In this document: piece after piece, positions 40,321 to 48,796 of the stretch
Position numbering within the stretch: position 1 is the first letter of the stretch
Layout: the number at the start of each line of letters is the position of its first letter
Source: an uncultured Clostridium sp.
GTDB taxonomy: Bacteria; Bacillota; Clostridia; TANB77; CAG-508
DNA length: 64,000 nt
NCBI GenBank assembly: GCA_902496295.1
Contig: CABVAF010000003.1
Coordinates: 97,859 to 161,858 of the forward strand
Direction of reading: 5' to 3'
The notes under the pieces: generated by a model
Databases searched by the model: none
What the model saw: only the letters and a program-made list of their open reading frames with translations
What the model was told of the DNA's origin: nothing
Translations under genes and position numbers: made by a program

Positions 40321-40830
40321 ATGATAAGAAAGGATAATATACTAATATTTATAGTAATAATTGTATTAATAATAGGAACTATAGTGTTATTAATGAATAA
40401 TAGAGTAAAATGGGATGACACTGAAAATGAGAGTACAAATAGCGAAATGAATATAGATGTAAATTATACACAAGATGTGGAAAATATAGTAAATTCATAT
40501 ACAGAAGAGCTAGAAGATGGACAAGTAGAGAATAACAGTCCAGAGTTAAAAGAAGAAAAGAAATTTAAACAAATAGAGATAACAAATATAAATTTTGTTT
40601 ACAACCCAGGAAATAAAATGACAACAATAACAGCTAATTTGACAAATGTAGGAACAGAAGAGCAAAAAGGAGAGATAGTTACATTAAAAATAATAGGTCA
40701 AAATAATGAAGAAATAACAACAATAGAAGCATTAATACCAAATATAAAGCAAGGAGAAACAAGAACTTTAAGATGTAGTGCAACAGCAGATTTATCAAAT
40801 GCAAGCAATTTTGAAATAATAGAAAAATGA
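40321..40830 (+). CDS. membrane-anchored small beta-rich protein
   Basis: N-terminal TM, acidic linker, and a roughly 90-aa beta-sandwich-like C-domain. Directly upstream of the large pilin-like gene. Confidence 0.55.
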   Translation: MIRKDNILIFIVIIVLIIGTIVLLMNNRVKWDDTENESTNSEMNIDVNYTQDVENIVNSYTEELEDGQVENNSPELKEEKKFKQIEITNINFVYNPGNKMTTITANLTNVGTEEQKGEIVTLKIIGQNNEEITTIEALIPNIKQGETRTLRCSATADLSNASNFEIIEK

Positions 40831-40965
40831 GAATATGTTAAATAAGATTAAGATATTTAAGAAATACGATAATTTAGAAAGTAAATCAAAATATTAAATA
40901 AAAAGTGTTTAACTTTTTGAGTCAATTTATAGTAAGTATTATTTATAAAAAAGAGGAGTGAAAAA

Positions 40966-43464
40966 ATGAGCAATAAAGGTATAACATTAATATCATTAGT
41001 AGTTACTATAATTGTATTGTTAATACTAGCAGGAATAACAATAGGAACAGTATTTAATGATAATGGAATAATAAAAAAAGCACAAGAAGCGGCAAATGCA
41101 ACAGAAGAAGCTGCAAAAAATGACCAGGAAGCAATAAATGGCTTACTAGGAGAAATGGACAGTGTAATAAATGGAATAGGTGGAGGAAATGTACCAACAA
41201 TAGGAAGCATAAATGGAAATATAACATGGAGCACAGGGTCAGCAACTCTAGAGTTAACAACAAATGCAGAAGGAGTAATAATACAATATAGAAAAAATAA
41301 CGATTCTAATTGGACAGATTATACATCACCAGTACCAAGTCTGTTACATGGAGATAAGGTATATGCAAGAGGCGTGAAAGATGGAGAAACTGTAATAAGT
41401 GAAAAAGAATTTAGTATATTAGATACAATACCACCAACAGTAACAATAGCAAGTTCAAGTAGTACAACAAATAGTATAAGTGCAACAGCGACAGCAACAG
41501 ATAACGAAGCAGGAATGGGCTCAAACCCACAATACACATTTTATATAAAGAAAACAGCAGAAGAAGATAGCGCATATGTACAAATAGCAAGTAGCACAAA
41601 TGCAAGTGTAACAAAAGGAGATTTAGAACAAAATACATCATATACAATAAAAGTAGAAGTAACAGATGTGGCAGGAAATAAAGGGCAAGCAACAAAGGAG
41701 ATAACAACAGGCAAAATAGCAGATGCAGGAGATGGACTAACAAATGGAGCAATAATAGCAAGTACACCAGTATGGAGTAATGGAACAGCAAGTACAACAT
41801 TATCAACAACATCAGGATTAACAATACAATATCAAGTAGGCGGAGTAGATGGAAGCTGGACAAATGGAACAAGTGTAACAGGTTTACACCATAGAGATAC
41901 AGTATTTGCAAGATTAACAGATGGCAAAAACTATGGAGGAGAAGCAAGTATAACAATATTAGATACAGTAAATCCACAAAATGCAAGTATAAGTTTGAGT
42001 GCTACAAGTACAAATACAGCAGGAAGTATAACAGCGACAGTAACACTAAATGATAACGAAAGTGGAGTAAATGTAACAGGAAGTAAATGGGTATATAATA
42101 CAAATTCAGGATATATAGGAACAACAGAGAGCAGTTATAACAATACATTTAGCAGCAATGGACAAAAATTAACTTTACAAACAACAGAAGCAGGAACATA
42201 TTATTTACATGTGTTAACAGTAGATAAAGCAGGAAATAAGAAAGAGACAATAAGTAATAGTATCACAGTAACAAAAGCATTAGTAGCAGATGGAAGCTAT
42301 AACGAAGAAAAAGGAGTAAATACACCAAACTTGGGGGATGGAATGACACCAATAAAATGGAATGGAAGCACATGGGTAGAAACAACAGGAAGTGATCCAG
42401 AATGGTATGATTATTCAGCAAAGAAGTGGGCAAATGCAACAACGAGCGATGGAAGTATGTGGGTATGGATACCAAGATATGCATATAGTATAACAAGTGG
42501 ATATCACCAAAGCGGAGCAAATTTAAATAGTACAACACCAGCAGAAGGAGCAGGAACAATAGAAGTAGAGTTCATGAAAGGAACAAGTAATGAGACAGCA
42601 ACAGGAAGAACAACCTTCCAGAATGCAAGTGGACAAGGAAATTGGAATATCCACCCAGCATTTACCTATGGAAGTACAGTAAGTGGAATATGGGTAGCAA
42701 AGTTTGAAGCAAGTAGTGTAGAAGGAAATAGTGATAGCAGAAAAGAAGACGATGTAACAACAAAAACAGTGCAAGTAAAACCAGGAGTAGCGAGCTGGAG
42801 ATATATAACAATAGGAAATATATATACAGTATGCTTAAATTATAATAGTGCGTTAAATAGCCATTTAATGAAGAATGATGAATGGGGAGCTTGTGCCTAT
42901 TTAAGCAAAAGTAAATATGGAAAAGGGACAGAAGAAGTGTGGATAAATAACTTTAGTAACTTTATCACAGGGTCAGCAGGAAATAGTGCAACAGCAAGTA
43001 TGAATACAGGAACGACAACTACTTATACAAGTGCACAAGGAGTAAAGGCGAGTACAACAGGAAATGTGTATGGAATATATGATATGAGCGGAGGAGCAGG
43101 GGAATATGTAGCAGCATATGTAAATAATGGAAATAGTAGTTTAAATAATGGTTCAAATTTAGTAAATGGAGAAGCGAAAACGAAGAATGTATATAGTGTA
43201 GGAAGTTCAGATAGTACAGCGAATAACTATAGTGCAAATGCGGGGGTGTATGGAGATGCAGTATGGGAGACATCAAATGGATACAGCAATAGTAGTGATT
43301 CATGGTACGCCGATCGCTCTGACATTCCTCACACGAGCAATCCTTTCTTCATACGCGGGGGCAATTTCAGCGATACTACGAATGCTGGCGTGTTCTATTT
43401 TAACTGCGACTATGGTAGCTGGAACAGCGTTGTTTCGTTCCGTCCGGTCTTGGTCACACTTTAG
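40966..43464 (+). CDS. large pilin-like-anchored surface protein: two tandem Ig-like modules plus an FGE-sulfatase/C-type-lectin-like domain; candidate DGR target
   Basis: MSNKGITLISLVVTIIVLLILAGI N-terminus. About 70 aa are paralogous to 10819-12069. Two module repeats of about 165 aa (...IQY...ILDT.P...DNE.G...AGNK). C-terminal YGIYDMSGGAGEY and PFFIRGGNF. Confidence 0.8.
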   Translation: MSNKGITLISLVVTIIVLLILAGITIGTVFNDNGIIKKAQEAANATEEAAKNDQEAINGLLGEMDSVINGIGGGNVPTIGSINGNITWSTGSATLELTTNAEGVIIQYRKNNDSNWTDYTSPVPSLLHGDKVYARGVKDGETVISEKEFSILDTIPPTVTIASSSSTTNSISATATATDNEAGMGSNPQYTFYIKKTAEEDSAYVQIASSTNASVTKGDLEQNTSYTIKVEVTDVAGNKGQATKEITTGKIADAGDGLTNGAIIASTPVWSNGTASTTLSTTSGLTIQYQVGGVDGSWTNGTSVTGLHHRDTVFARLTDGKNYGGEASITILDTVNPQNASISLSATSTNTAGSITATVTLNDNESGVNVTGSKWVYNTNSGYIGTTESSYNNTFSSNGQKLTLQTTEAGTYYLHVLTVDKAGNKKETISNSITVTKALVADGSYNEEKGVNTPNLGDGMTPIKWNGSTWVETTGSDPEWYDYSAKKWANATTSDGSMWVWIPRYAYSITSGYHQSGANLNSTTPAEGAGTIEVEFMKGTSNETATGRTTFQNASGQGNWNIHPAFTYGSTVSGIWVAKFEASSVEGNSDSRKEDDVTTKTVQVKPGVASWRYITIGNIYTVCLNYNSALNSHLMKNDEWGACAYLSKSKYGKGTEEVWINNFSNFITGSAGNSATASMNTGTTTTYTSAQGVKASTTGNVYGIYDMSGGAGEYVAAYVNNGNSSLNNGSNLVNGEAKTKNVYSVGSSDSTANNYSANAGVYGDAVWETSNGYSNSSDSWYADRSDIPHTSNPFFIRGGNFSDTTNAGVFYFNCDYGSWNSVVSFRPVLVTL

Positions 43465-43494
43465 GGTGACCACCCAATATACCCCGAAACGAAC
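43306..43494 (+). other. GC-rich, NNC-codon-rich block spanning the last ~53 codons and 30 nt past the stop; candidate DGR variable region
   Basis: Sharp composition switch at TACGCCGATCGC. 23 of 53 sense codons end in C. A 7-bp hairpin TGGTCAC/GTGACCA holds the TAG stop in its loop. Confidence 0.45.
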
Positions 43495-43528
43495 AAAAAG
43501 ATGGCATGTAAATATTTTAAGTAAAATT

Positions 43529-43566
43529 AAACCCAGTACTTAAGATTTAAGCGCTGGGTTTTGTTA
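43529..43566. terminator. bidirectional terminator between convergent genes
   Basis: AAACCCAG / CTGGGTTT stem with flanking A and T runs. Confidence 0.55.
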
Positions 43567-43800
43567 TGCTCTTTTATTATTTATATCGTCTGGAGTAATA
43601 GAAATTAAATCAGACAATTCGCAGTCAAGAAATTTACACATATCTTCTAGGTACTTAAAAGAAATAGATGTCGTCTCACCATAAATAATTCTATTTAAGT
43701 TTCTAGAAGTTATGTTCATATTTTTACATAACCAATATTTACTTTTACCATTCTTTTTCAAAAGACTTTCAATATTAAACTGTAACATAGTAAATTCCAT
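43564..43800 (-). CDS. XRE/Cro-type helix-turn-helix transcriptional regulator
   Basis: 78 aa. LLKKNGKSKYWLCKNMNITSRNLNRIIYGETTSISFKYLEDMCKFLDCELSDL is a typical HTH_XRE layout. Confidence 0.75.
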   Translation of the reverse strand: MEFTMLQFNIESLLKKNGKSKYWLCKNMNITSRNLNRIIYGETTSISFKYLEDMCKFLDCELSDLISITPDDINNKRA

Positions 43801-44059
43801 TCCTTTCTAGCTTTATGCAAAGACATACATAGGAATAAAAGAATAAATTTCTTCCAAACTAAAAATTTAATTAATAACTTAATAAATTTTAATATAAAAT
43901 ATTCTGCAAAATAAGATACTTACACATACCCTAACTTTTCCTATATGAAAACCTGCAACAAATTAATTTATTATGAATTTAAACATTTTCCTTGAAAAAC
44001 CAAATATCTATTGATATAATAATAAATGTAATGTATTGGGAAATATTAGGAGGCTTAAA

Positions 44060-45070
44060 ATGGCACAAGTAAAAAATGAAGAAGAAAAGAAAAAAGAAAC
44101 AACTAAAAGAGTAACAAAAAAAGCTACAACACCTGAAAAGGTAGCTGGTACTTCAAAAAATAAAGAAGCATCAAAAACTTCTAAGGGAACAACTGCTAAA
44201 AAGCAAACTACTACTAAAAAAAGCACTACAACAAGAAAGCCTAAAGTTGCTAAAGAAGCAGAAAAAATAGAAGAAGTAGCAAAAAAAGAAAGTGAAGATA
44301 TAAAAAAAGTAAAAGAAGAAAGCTCTAAAAAGGAAGTTAAAAAAAGAAGTAGTAAAAAAGAACCAGCAGATAAAAAGGATACTAAAAAGAAAACTACTAC
44401 TAAAAAAGAAAAAACTACAACAAAAACATCCAAAACAAAAGCATCAAAAAATACTAAAAATGCTAAAGGAAAAGTAACAAAAATAATAGGGTCAAGAAAG
44501 CAAGAAGAAGTAGAAGAAGATGATGTAGTTATAACAGATGCAAATGAGGCGGATGTTGTTAAAGTAGAAGACAAAGAGAAAATGCAAATTATGGAAAATG
44601 AAGTAAAAAAAGATTTAAAATCTAAAAATAAACTTCCTAAAACAGAAGAAAAGAAATTAAGTTCAGTTGTATTTGAAAACTTGTGCGTAGCTATAGCTGT
44701 TATGATATATTTATTCTTCATACTTTTAGGATTTATGAACATAAAAGAAGAGGTATATATTGTAGACTTAAAAGTATTTAGTTTTATAATATTAGTTATT
44801 GCAATTTTACTATTTGAAAGAGCATATAAAAAAGATAGTGGAAAACTATGTGCTTTTGGTATTGAAACCTTATTCTTATCAATTGCAACAATGAGTCTTT
44901 TATATGTAAATATAGAAGTTCAAAATATATTTTTGCCAATAGCTGCTTCTATATCATTACTTTTTGCAATTTACTATGTAGCAAAATCAATATACTTGTA
45001 TAGCAAAATGAAGAAAAAATATTTCGTAGATAACATGAAGGATATTATTCAAAAAGAGGAAAAAGAATAA
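44060..45070 (+). CDS. Lys/Thr-rich low-complexity N-domain fused to a 4-TM C-domain
   Basis: ATG at 44060 follows SD AGGAGG. KK-TTT-KK repeats for about 190 aa, then hydrophobic segments. Confidence 0.6.
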   Translation: MAQVKNEEEKKKETTKRVTKKATTPEKVAGTSKNKEASKTSKGTTAKKQTTTKKSTTTRKPKVAKEAEKIEEVAKKESEDIKKVKEESSKKEVKKRSSKKEPADKKDTKKKTTTKKEKTTTKTSKTKASKNTKNAKGKVTKIIGSRKQEEVEEDDVVITDANEADVVKVEDKEKMQIMENEVKKDLKSKNKLPKTEEKKLSSVVFENLCVAIAVMIYLFFILLGFMNIKEEVYIVDLKVFSFIILVIAILLFERAYKKDSGKLCAFGIETLFLSIATMSLLYVNIEVQNIFLPIAASISLLFAIYYVAKSIYLYSKMKKKYFVDNMKDIIQKEEKE

Positions 45071-45081
45071 GGAGGGATCTT

Positions 45082-45348
45082 ATGCAACTTATAAACATAG
45101 GATTTGGAAATATTGTTTCGGCTAATAGGATTATTGCTATTATAAGCCCAGAATCAGCACCGGTAAAAAGAATTGTACAAGAGGCAAAAGAAGAAGGAAG
45201 AGCAATAGATGCTACATATGGAAGGAGAACAAGAGCGGTAATAATTATGGATTCAGGACATGTTGTTTTATCTGCTGTACAGCCAGAGACTGTTGCAGGA
45301 AGGTTAGACAAAGATGTGGCAACTACTTTGGGAGAAGATAGCGAATAA
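45082..45348 (+). CDS. remA: RemA/YlzA (DUF370) regulator
   Basis: [37 protein letters not shown]...[14 protein letters not shown] is highly conserved. Confidence 0.9.
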   Translation: MQLINIGFGNIVSANRIIAIISPESAPVKRIVQEAKEEGRAIDATYGRRTRAVIIMDSGHVVLSAVQPETVAGRLDKDVATTLGEDSE

Positions 45349-45504
45349 TAAAAAGGTAATATGAATTTAAAGTTATAAAATTAAACTTTGTAAAATAGTA
45401 AAATTAATTTACAAATTCTAAAATTAAATTCATTAAAAGAGTATACATTTAGCGAAAAGTGTGGTATAATACAATTTATTAAATTTAATTAGGGGGAATT
45501 ATTA

Positions 45505-45693
45505 ATGTTAGTTAGACCAACAGTTTTACAATTATTAAAAAATGTAGACAATAGATATGTTTTAGTTACAGCTACTGCAAAAAGAGCAAGACAAATTGCA
45601 GCAGGAAGTAAACCATTAACTTCAAAGGAGGAACCATCACCTGTATCTTATGCTGCTGATGAATTAGCAGAAGGTAAGGTGACAATATGTTAG
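45505..45693 (+). CDS. rpoZ: DNA-directed RNA polymerase subunit omega
   Basis: NRYVLVTATAKRARQI core motif. 62 aa. Confidence 0.85.
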   Translation: MLVRPTVLQLLKNVDNRYVLVTATAKRARQIAAGSKPLTSKEEPSPVSYAADELAEGKVTIC

Positions 45694-46268
45694 TTTTACT
45701 TTCTGGAGTATCTGGTGCAGGAAAAGATACTATAAAAAAAGAATTAATAAAAAGAATGGACAATGCAGATTCACTACCATCATATACAGATAGACTACCA
45801 AGAGAAGGAGACATTCCAGGAGAAACATATAACTTTGTTACAACAGAAGAATTTGAAAATATGATAGATAATGGAGATTTATACGAATATAGTTTACATC
45901 ATGAACATTATTATGGCACTTCTAAAAAACTTTTAAATGAAAAAATAAATAATGGGAAAATTATAATAAAAGATATAGAAGTAAATGGAGTAGAAAATCT
46001 ACTAAGAATTTTGAAAGACGATGTTAAAATTGTAACTATCTTTTTAAAAGTTCCAAAAAGCGCTTTGCAAAAAAGATTAGAAAATAGAGTAGATAAACCA
46101 AGTTTAAAAGAAATACAATTACGTTTAAATAGAATAGATTACGAAGAGTCTAAACTTGGCATGTACGATTATGTAATAAAAAATAATAATTTAGAAAAGT
46201 CACTAGACATTATACAAGCTATTATAAGAGACGAGTACAATTTAAAAAAAGAAGAGGCTGAATTTTAG
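45687..46268 (+). CDS. gmk: guanylate kinase family protein
   Basis: P-loop SGVSGAGKDT and YTDRLPREGDIPGETYNFVTTEEF...YYGTSK. Order remA-rpoZ-gmk differs from the usual remA-gmk-rpoZ. Confidence 0.7.
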   Translation: MLVLLSGVSGAGKDTIKKELIKRMDNADSLPSYTDRLPREGDIPGETYNFVTTEEFENMIDNGDLYEYSLHHEHYYGTSKKLLNEKINNGKIIIKDIEVNGVENLLRILKDDVKIVTIFLKVPKSALQKRLENRVDKPSLKEIQLRLNRIDYEESKLGMYDYVIKNNNLEKSLDIIQAIIRDEYNLKKEEAEF

Positions 46269-46293
46269 AAATTGGGGATAGGTTCAAATTTCC
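46268..46293. repeat. degenerate single unit of the GGGACAGGTC repeat family
   Basis: GAAATTGGGGATAGGTTCAAATTTCC compared with the unit GAAATTAGAGACAGGTCCCAATTTCC. Overlaps the last base of the gmk stop codon. Confidence 0.45.
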
Positions 46294-46348
46294 AAAGTAA
46301 TTACCAAAATGAAAAAAAGAGATATATTGAGAAAAATTTATAAAACAG

Positions 46349-46378
46349 TTGACAAATAGCCACATCTTATTATATAAT
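46349..46378 (+). promoter_or_regulatory. S10 operon promoter
   Basis: TTGACA, 18-nt spacer, TATAAT. Confidence 0.6.
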
Positions 46379-46416
46379 ATTCACGCATGTATTTGGCGAT
46401 GAAGTAAGATGTGGCT
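46358..46416. promoter_or_regulatory. perfect 12-bp inverted repeat bracketing the -10 box and predicted start site
   Basis: AGCCACATCTTA (46358-46369) and TAAGATGTGGCT (46405-46416). Confidence 0.5.
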
Positions 46417-46501
46417 ACAACCTATTATTTTGTAGGTCTGGAGGGAACTCTTATGGAGTATGTCGTGGCATAGACCAGGCGGTAAGTTAAAAAGCACTTA
46501 T

Positions 46502-46530
46502 TCCAAGATTTCATGCAAGCTTGGATTTTT
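46502..46530 (+). terminator. attenuator-like hairpin and T-run in the rpsJ leader
   Basis: TCCAAG-ATTTCATGCAAG-CTTGGA followed by TTTTT, about 80 nt before the rpsJ ATG. Confidence 0.4.
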
Positions 46531-46607
46531 ATATAGGTAACAATGAAACACCAGGGTGCGTTTATAACTTCCGACCATAAAATTATATTTTAAGGAGGGA
46601 ATTTTAA

Positions 46608-46952
46608 ATGGCAACAAAGAAAGAGAGCACAGCAAAGAACACTGTAACAAGTGAAAAAATTAGAATTAGGTTAAAAGCTTATGATCATGTTGTTTTAGAA
46701 CAGTCTGCTGAAAAAATAGTGGATACTGCTAAAAAAACAGGAGCAAAAGTATCAGGACCTATTCCATTACCAACAAAGAAGGAAATAGTAACTATTTTAC
46801 GTTCTCCACACAAACACAAAGATTCAAGAGAGCAATTTGAAATGAGAACACATAAAAGAGTTATAGACATTCTTTACCCAACACAAAAAACAGTTGATAG
46901 TCTTATGAAAATAGACTTACCAGCAGGTGTTGACATTGAAATTAAATTATAA
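46608..46952 (+). CDS. rpsJ: 30S ribosomal protein S10
   Basis: [11 protein letters not shown]...core. First gene of the S10 cluster. Confidence 0.95.
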   Translation: MATKKESTAKNTVTSEKIRIRLKAYDHVVLEQSAEKIVDTAKKTGAKVSGPIPLPTKKEIVTILRSPHKHKDSREQFEMRTHKRVIDILYPTQKTVDSLMKIDLPAGVDIEIKL

Positions 46953-47066
46953 TTTCAAAAATTTATTTTAAAGTATAAAACTTAAATCAAAAACCAAGCT
47001 GAATACTTACTAATTAATACAAGTAAAAAAACAATATTCAGCCAATAGTTAGGAGGAATTACAAAA

Positions 47067-47699
47067 ATGAAAAAAGGATTAATAGGAAAAAAAGTTGGAA
47101 TGACACAAATATTTGACGAATCAGGAAAAGTTATTCCAGTAACAGTAATAGAAGCAGGACCATGTGTTGTTGCTCAAATTAAAACAACAGAAACAGATGG
47201 TTACAATGCTGTTCAATTAAGTTTCGGAGAAATTAAAGAAAAGAAGCTTAACAAACCAGTTAAAGGACATTTTGCAAAAGCAAATGTTACACCTAAAAAA
47301 CATTTAAGAGAATTTAGATTAGATTCTTTAGAAAATGTTAAAGTAGGAGACGAATTAAAAGCAGACGTATTTGCTGCTGGAGATAAAATAGATGTTCAAG
47401 GAACATCAAAAGGAAAAGGTTTCCAAGGTGTTATTAAACGTCATGGACAATCAAGAGGACCAATGGGACATGGTTCTATGTATCATAGAAGACCAGGTTC
47501 AATGGGACCAACATCTACACCAGGTAGAGTTTTCAAAGGTAAAAAATTACCAGGACACATGGGAGTAGAGACAGTTACAATTCAAAACCTAGAAGTTGTA
47601 AAAGTAGATTTAGACAAAAATGTAATTTTAGTAAAAGGAAGTGTTCCAGGAGCTAAAGGAGCAGTTCTAAAAATAAAATCATCAGTTAAAAGTAAATAA
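47067..47699 (+). CDS. rplC: 50S ribosomal protein L3
   Basis: [14 protein letters not shown]-terminus. Conserved order. Confidence 0.96.
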   Translation: MKKGLIGKKVGMTQIFDESGKVIPVTVIEAGPCVVAQIKTTETDGYNAVQLSFGEIKEKKLNKPVKGHFAKANVTPKKHLREFRLDSLENVKVGDELKADVFAAGDKIDVQGTSKGKGFQGVIKRHGQSRGPMGHGSMYHRRPGSMGPTSTPGRVFKGKKLPGHMGVETVTIQNLEVVKVDLDKNVILVKGSVPGAKGAVLKIKSSVKSK

Positions 47700-47715
47700 T
47701 AAGGAGGGAAAGTAA

Positions 47716-48339
47716 ATGCCTAAGGTAGACGTATATGATATAGCTGGTAAAAAAGTAGACACTGTTGAACTTAAAGACGAAGTATTTGGTATAGAACCAA
47801 ACGAAGCTGTTGTACATAGTGTTTTAGTTAATTACTTAGCAAATCAAAGACAAGGTACACAAAGTACAAAAACAAGAGCAGAAGTTTCTGGTGGTGGAAG
47901 AAAACCATGGAGACAAAAAGGAACAGGTAGAGCTAGACAAGGAAGTATAAGAGCTCCACAATGGATAAAAGGTGGTATTGCATTAGGACCAAAACCACGT
48001 TCATACAAATATACTGTTAACAAAAAAGAAAAGAGATTAGCAATTAAATCTGTTTTAAGTTCTAAAGTTTTAGAAAAAGAATTAACAGTAGTAAATGAAA
48101 TAAAATTAAAAGAAATTAAGACAAAAGAAATGCAAAAAGCATTAAACAATTTAAAAGTAGAAGGAAAAACATTAATTCTTTTACCAGAAAAAAATGAAAC
48201 TGTACAAAAATCAGCAAGAAATATTGAAGGAGTTAAAACAACATTAGTTAATACAATTAATGTTTATGACTTATTAAAATATAAAAATCTTGTAGTTACA
48301 TTAGATACAGTTAAGAAATTAGAGGAGGTGTACGCATAA
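47716..48339 (+). CDS. rplD: 50S ribosomal protein L4
   Basis: GGGRKPWRQKGTGRARQGS motif. Confidence 0.96.
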   Translation: MPKVDVYDIAGKKVDTVELKDEVFGIEPNEAVVHSVLVNYLANQRQGTQSTKTRAEVSGGGRKPWRQKGTGRARQGSIRAPQWIKGGIALGPKPRSYKYTVNKKEKRLAIKSVLSSKVLEKELTVVNEIKLKEIKTKEMQKALNNLKVEGKTLILLPEKNETVQKSARNIEGVKTTLVNTINVYDLLKYKNLVVTLDTVKKLEEVYA

Positions 48340-48686
48340 TGTTAGCAGAAGAAATAATATTAGCTCCAGTAGTAACAGAAAAAAGTAATGATGGTTTACA
48401 AGCTGGAAAGTATACCTTTAAAGTAAATAAAAAAGCAACTAAGGTTGATATAAAAAATGCAGTTGAAAAATTATTTGAAGTTAAAGTATTAAATGTTAAC
48501 ACAATGACAGTTAAAGGAAAAGAAAAAAGAGTTGGAAGAAATGTTGGAAAAACATCTGACTGGAAAAAAGCAATAGTTACAATAGATACTACAGCTTCTG
48601 AAAAAACATACCTTGCTAAAGGTGGAAAAGAAGTTAAAGTTTCTAAGAAGTATAAAGATTCTATAGACGAATTTATGGGAGCTTAA
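48339..48686 (+). CDS. rplW: 50S ribosomal protein L23 (with C-terminal extension)
   Basis: PVVTEKS...KYTFKV...KKAIVT core. About 20 aa longer than typical. Confidence 0.93.
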   Translation: MLAEEIILAPVVTEKSNDGLQAGKYTFKVNKKATKVDIKNAVEKLFEVKVLNVNTMTVKGKEKRVGRNVGKTSDWKKAIVTIDTTASEKTYLAKGGKEVKVSKKYKDSIDEFMGA

Positions 48687-48796
48687 CTCCAAAAAAGTTT
48701 ATCTAGAGAGAATAAACTAGGATAATAAACTAATATCTGCTAATGCAGGGCAGGAAAATAAAACTGCAAAATATAATTTTAAAGGAGAAATTAACA

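Noticed and set aside
43232-43543. 103-aa plus-strand ORF overlapping the 3' GC-rich block of the large pilin-like gene.
   Set aside because: It is an alternative frame of the GC-rich block, with no SD and an Arg/Ala/Thr-rich translation. It is open only because the GC-rich block has few stop codons.
48743-48796. 18-codon upstream extension of rplB in the track ORF.
   Set aside because: The SD AAAGGAG sits in front of the ATG at 48797, and L2 homologs begin near MGMKHF/MAIK.
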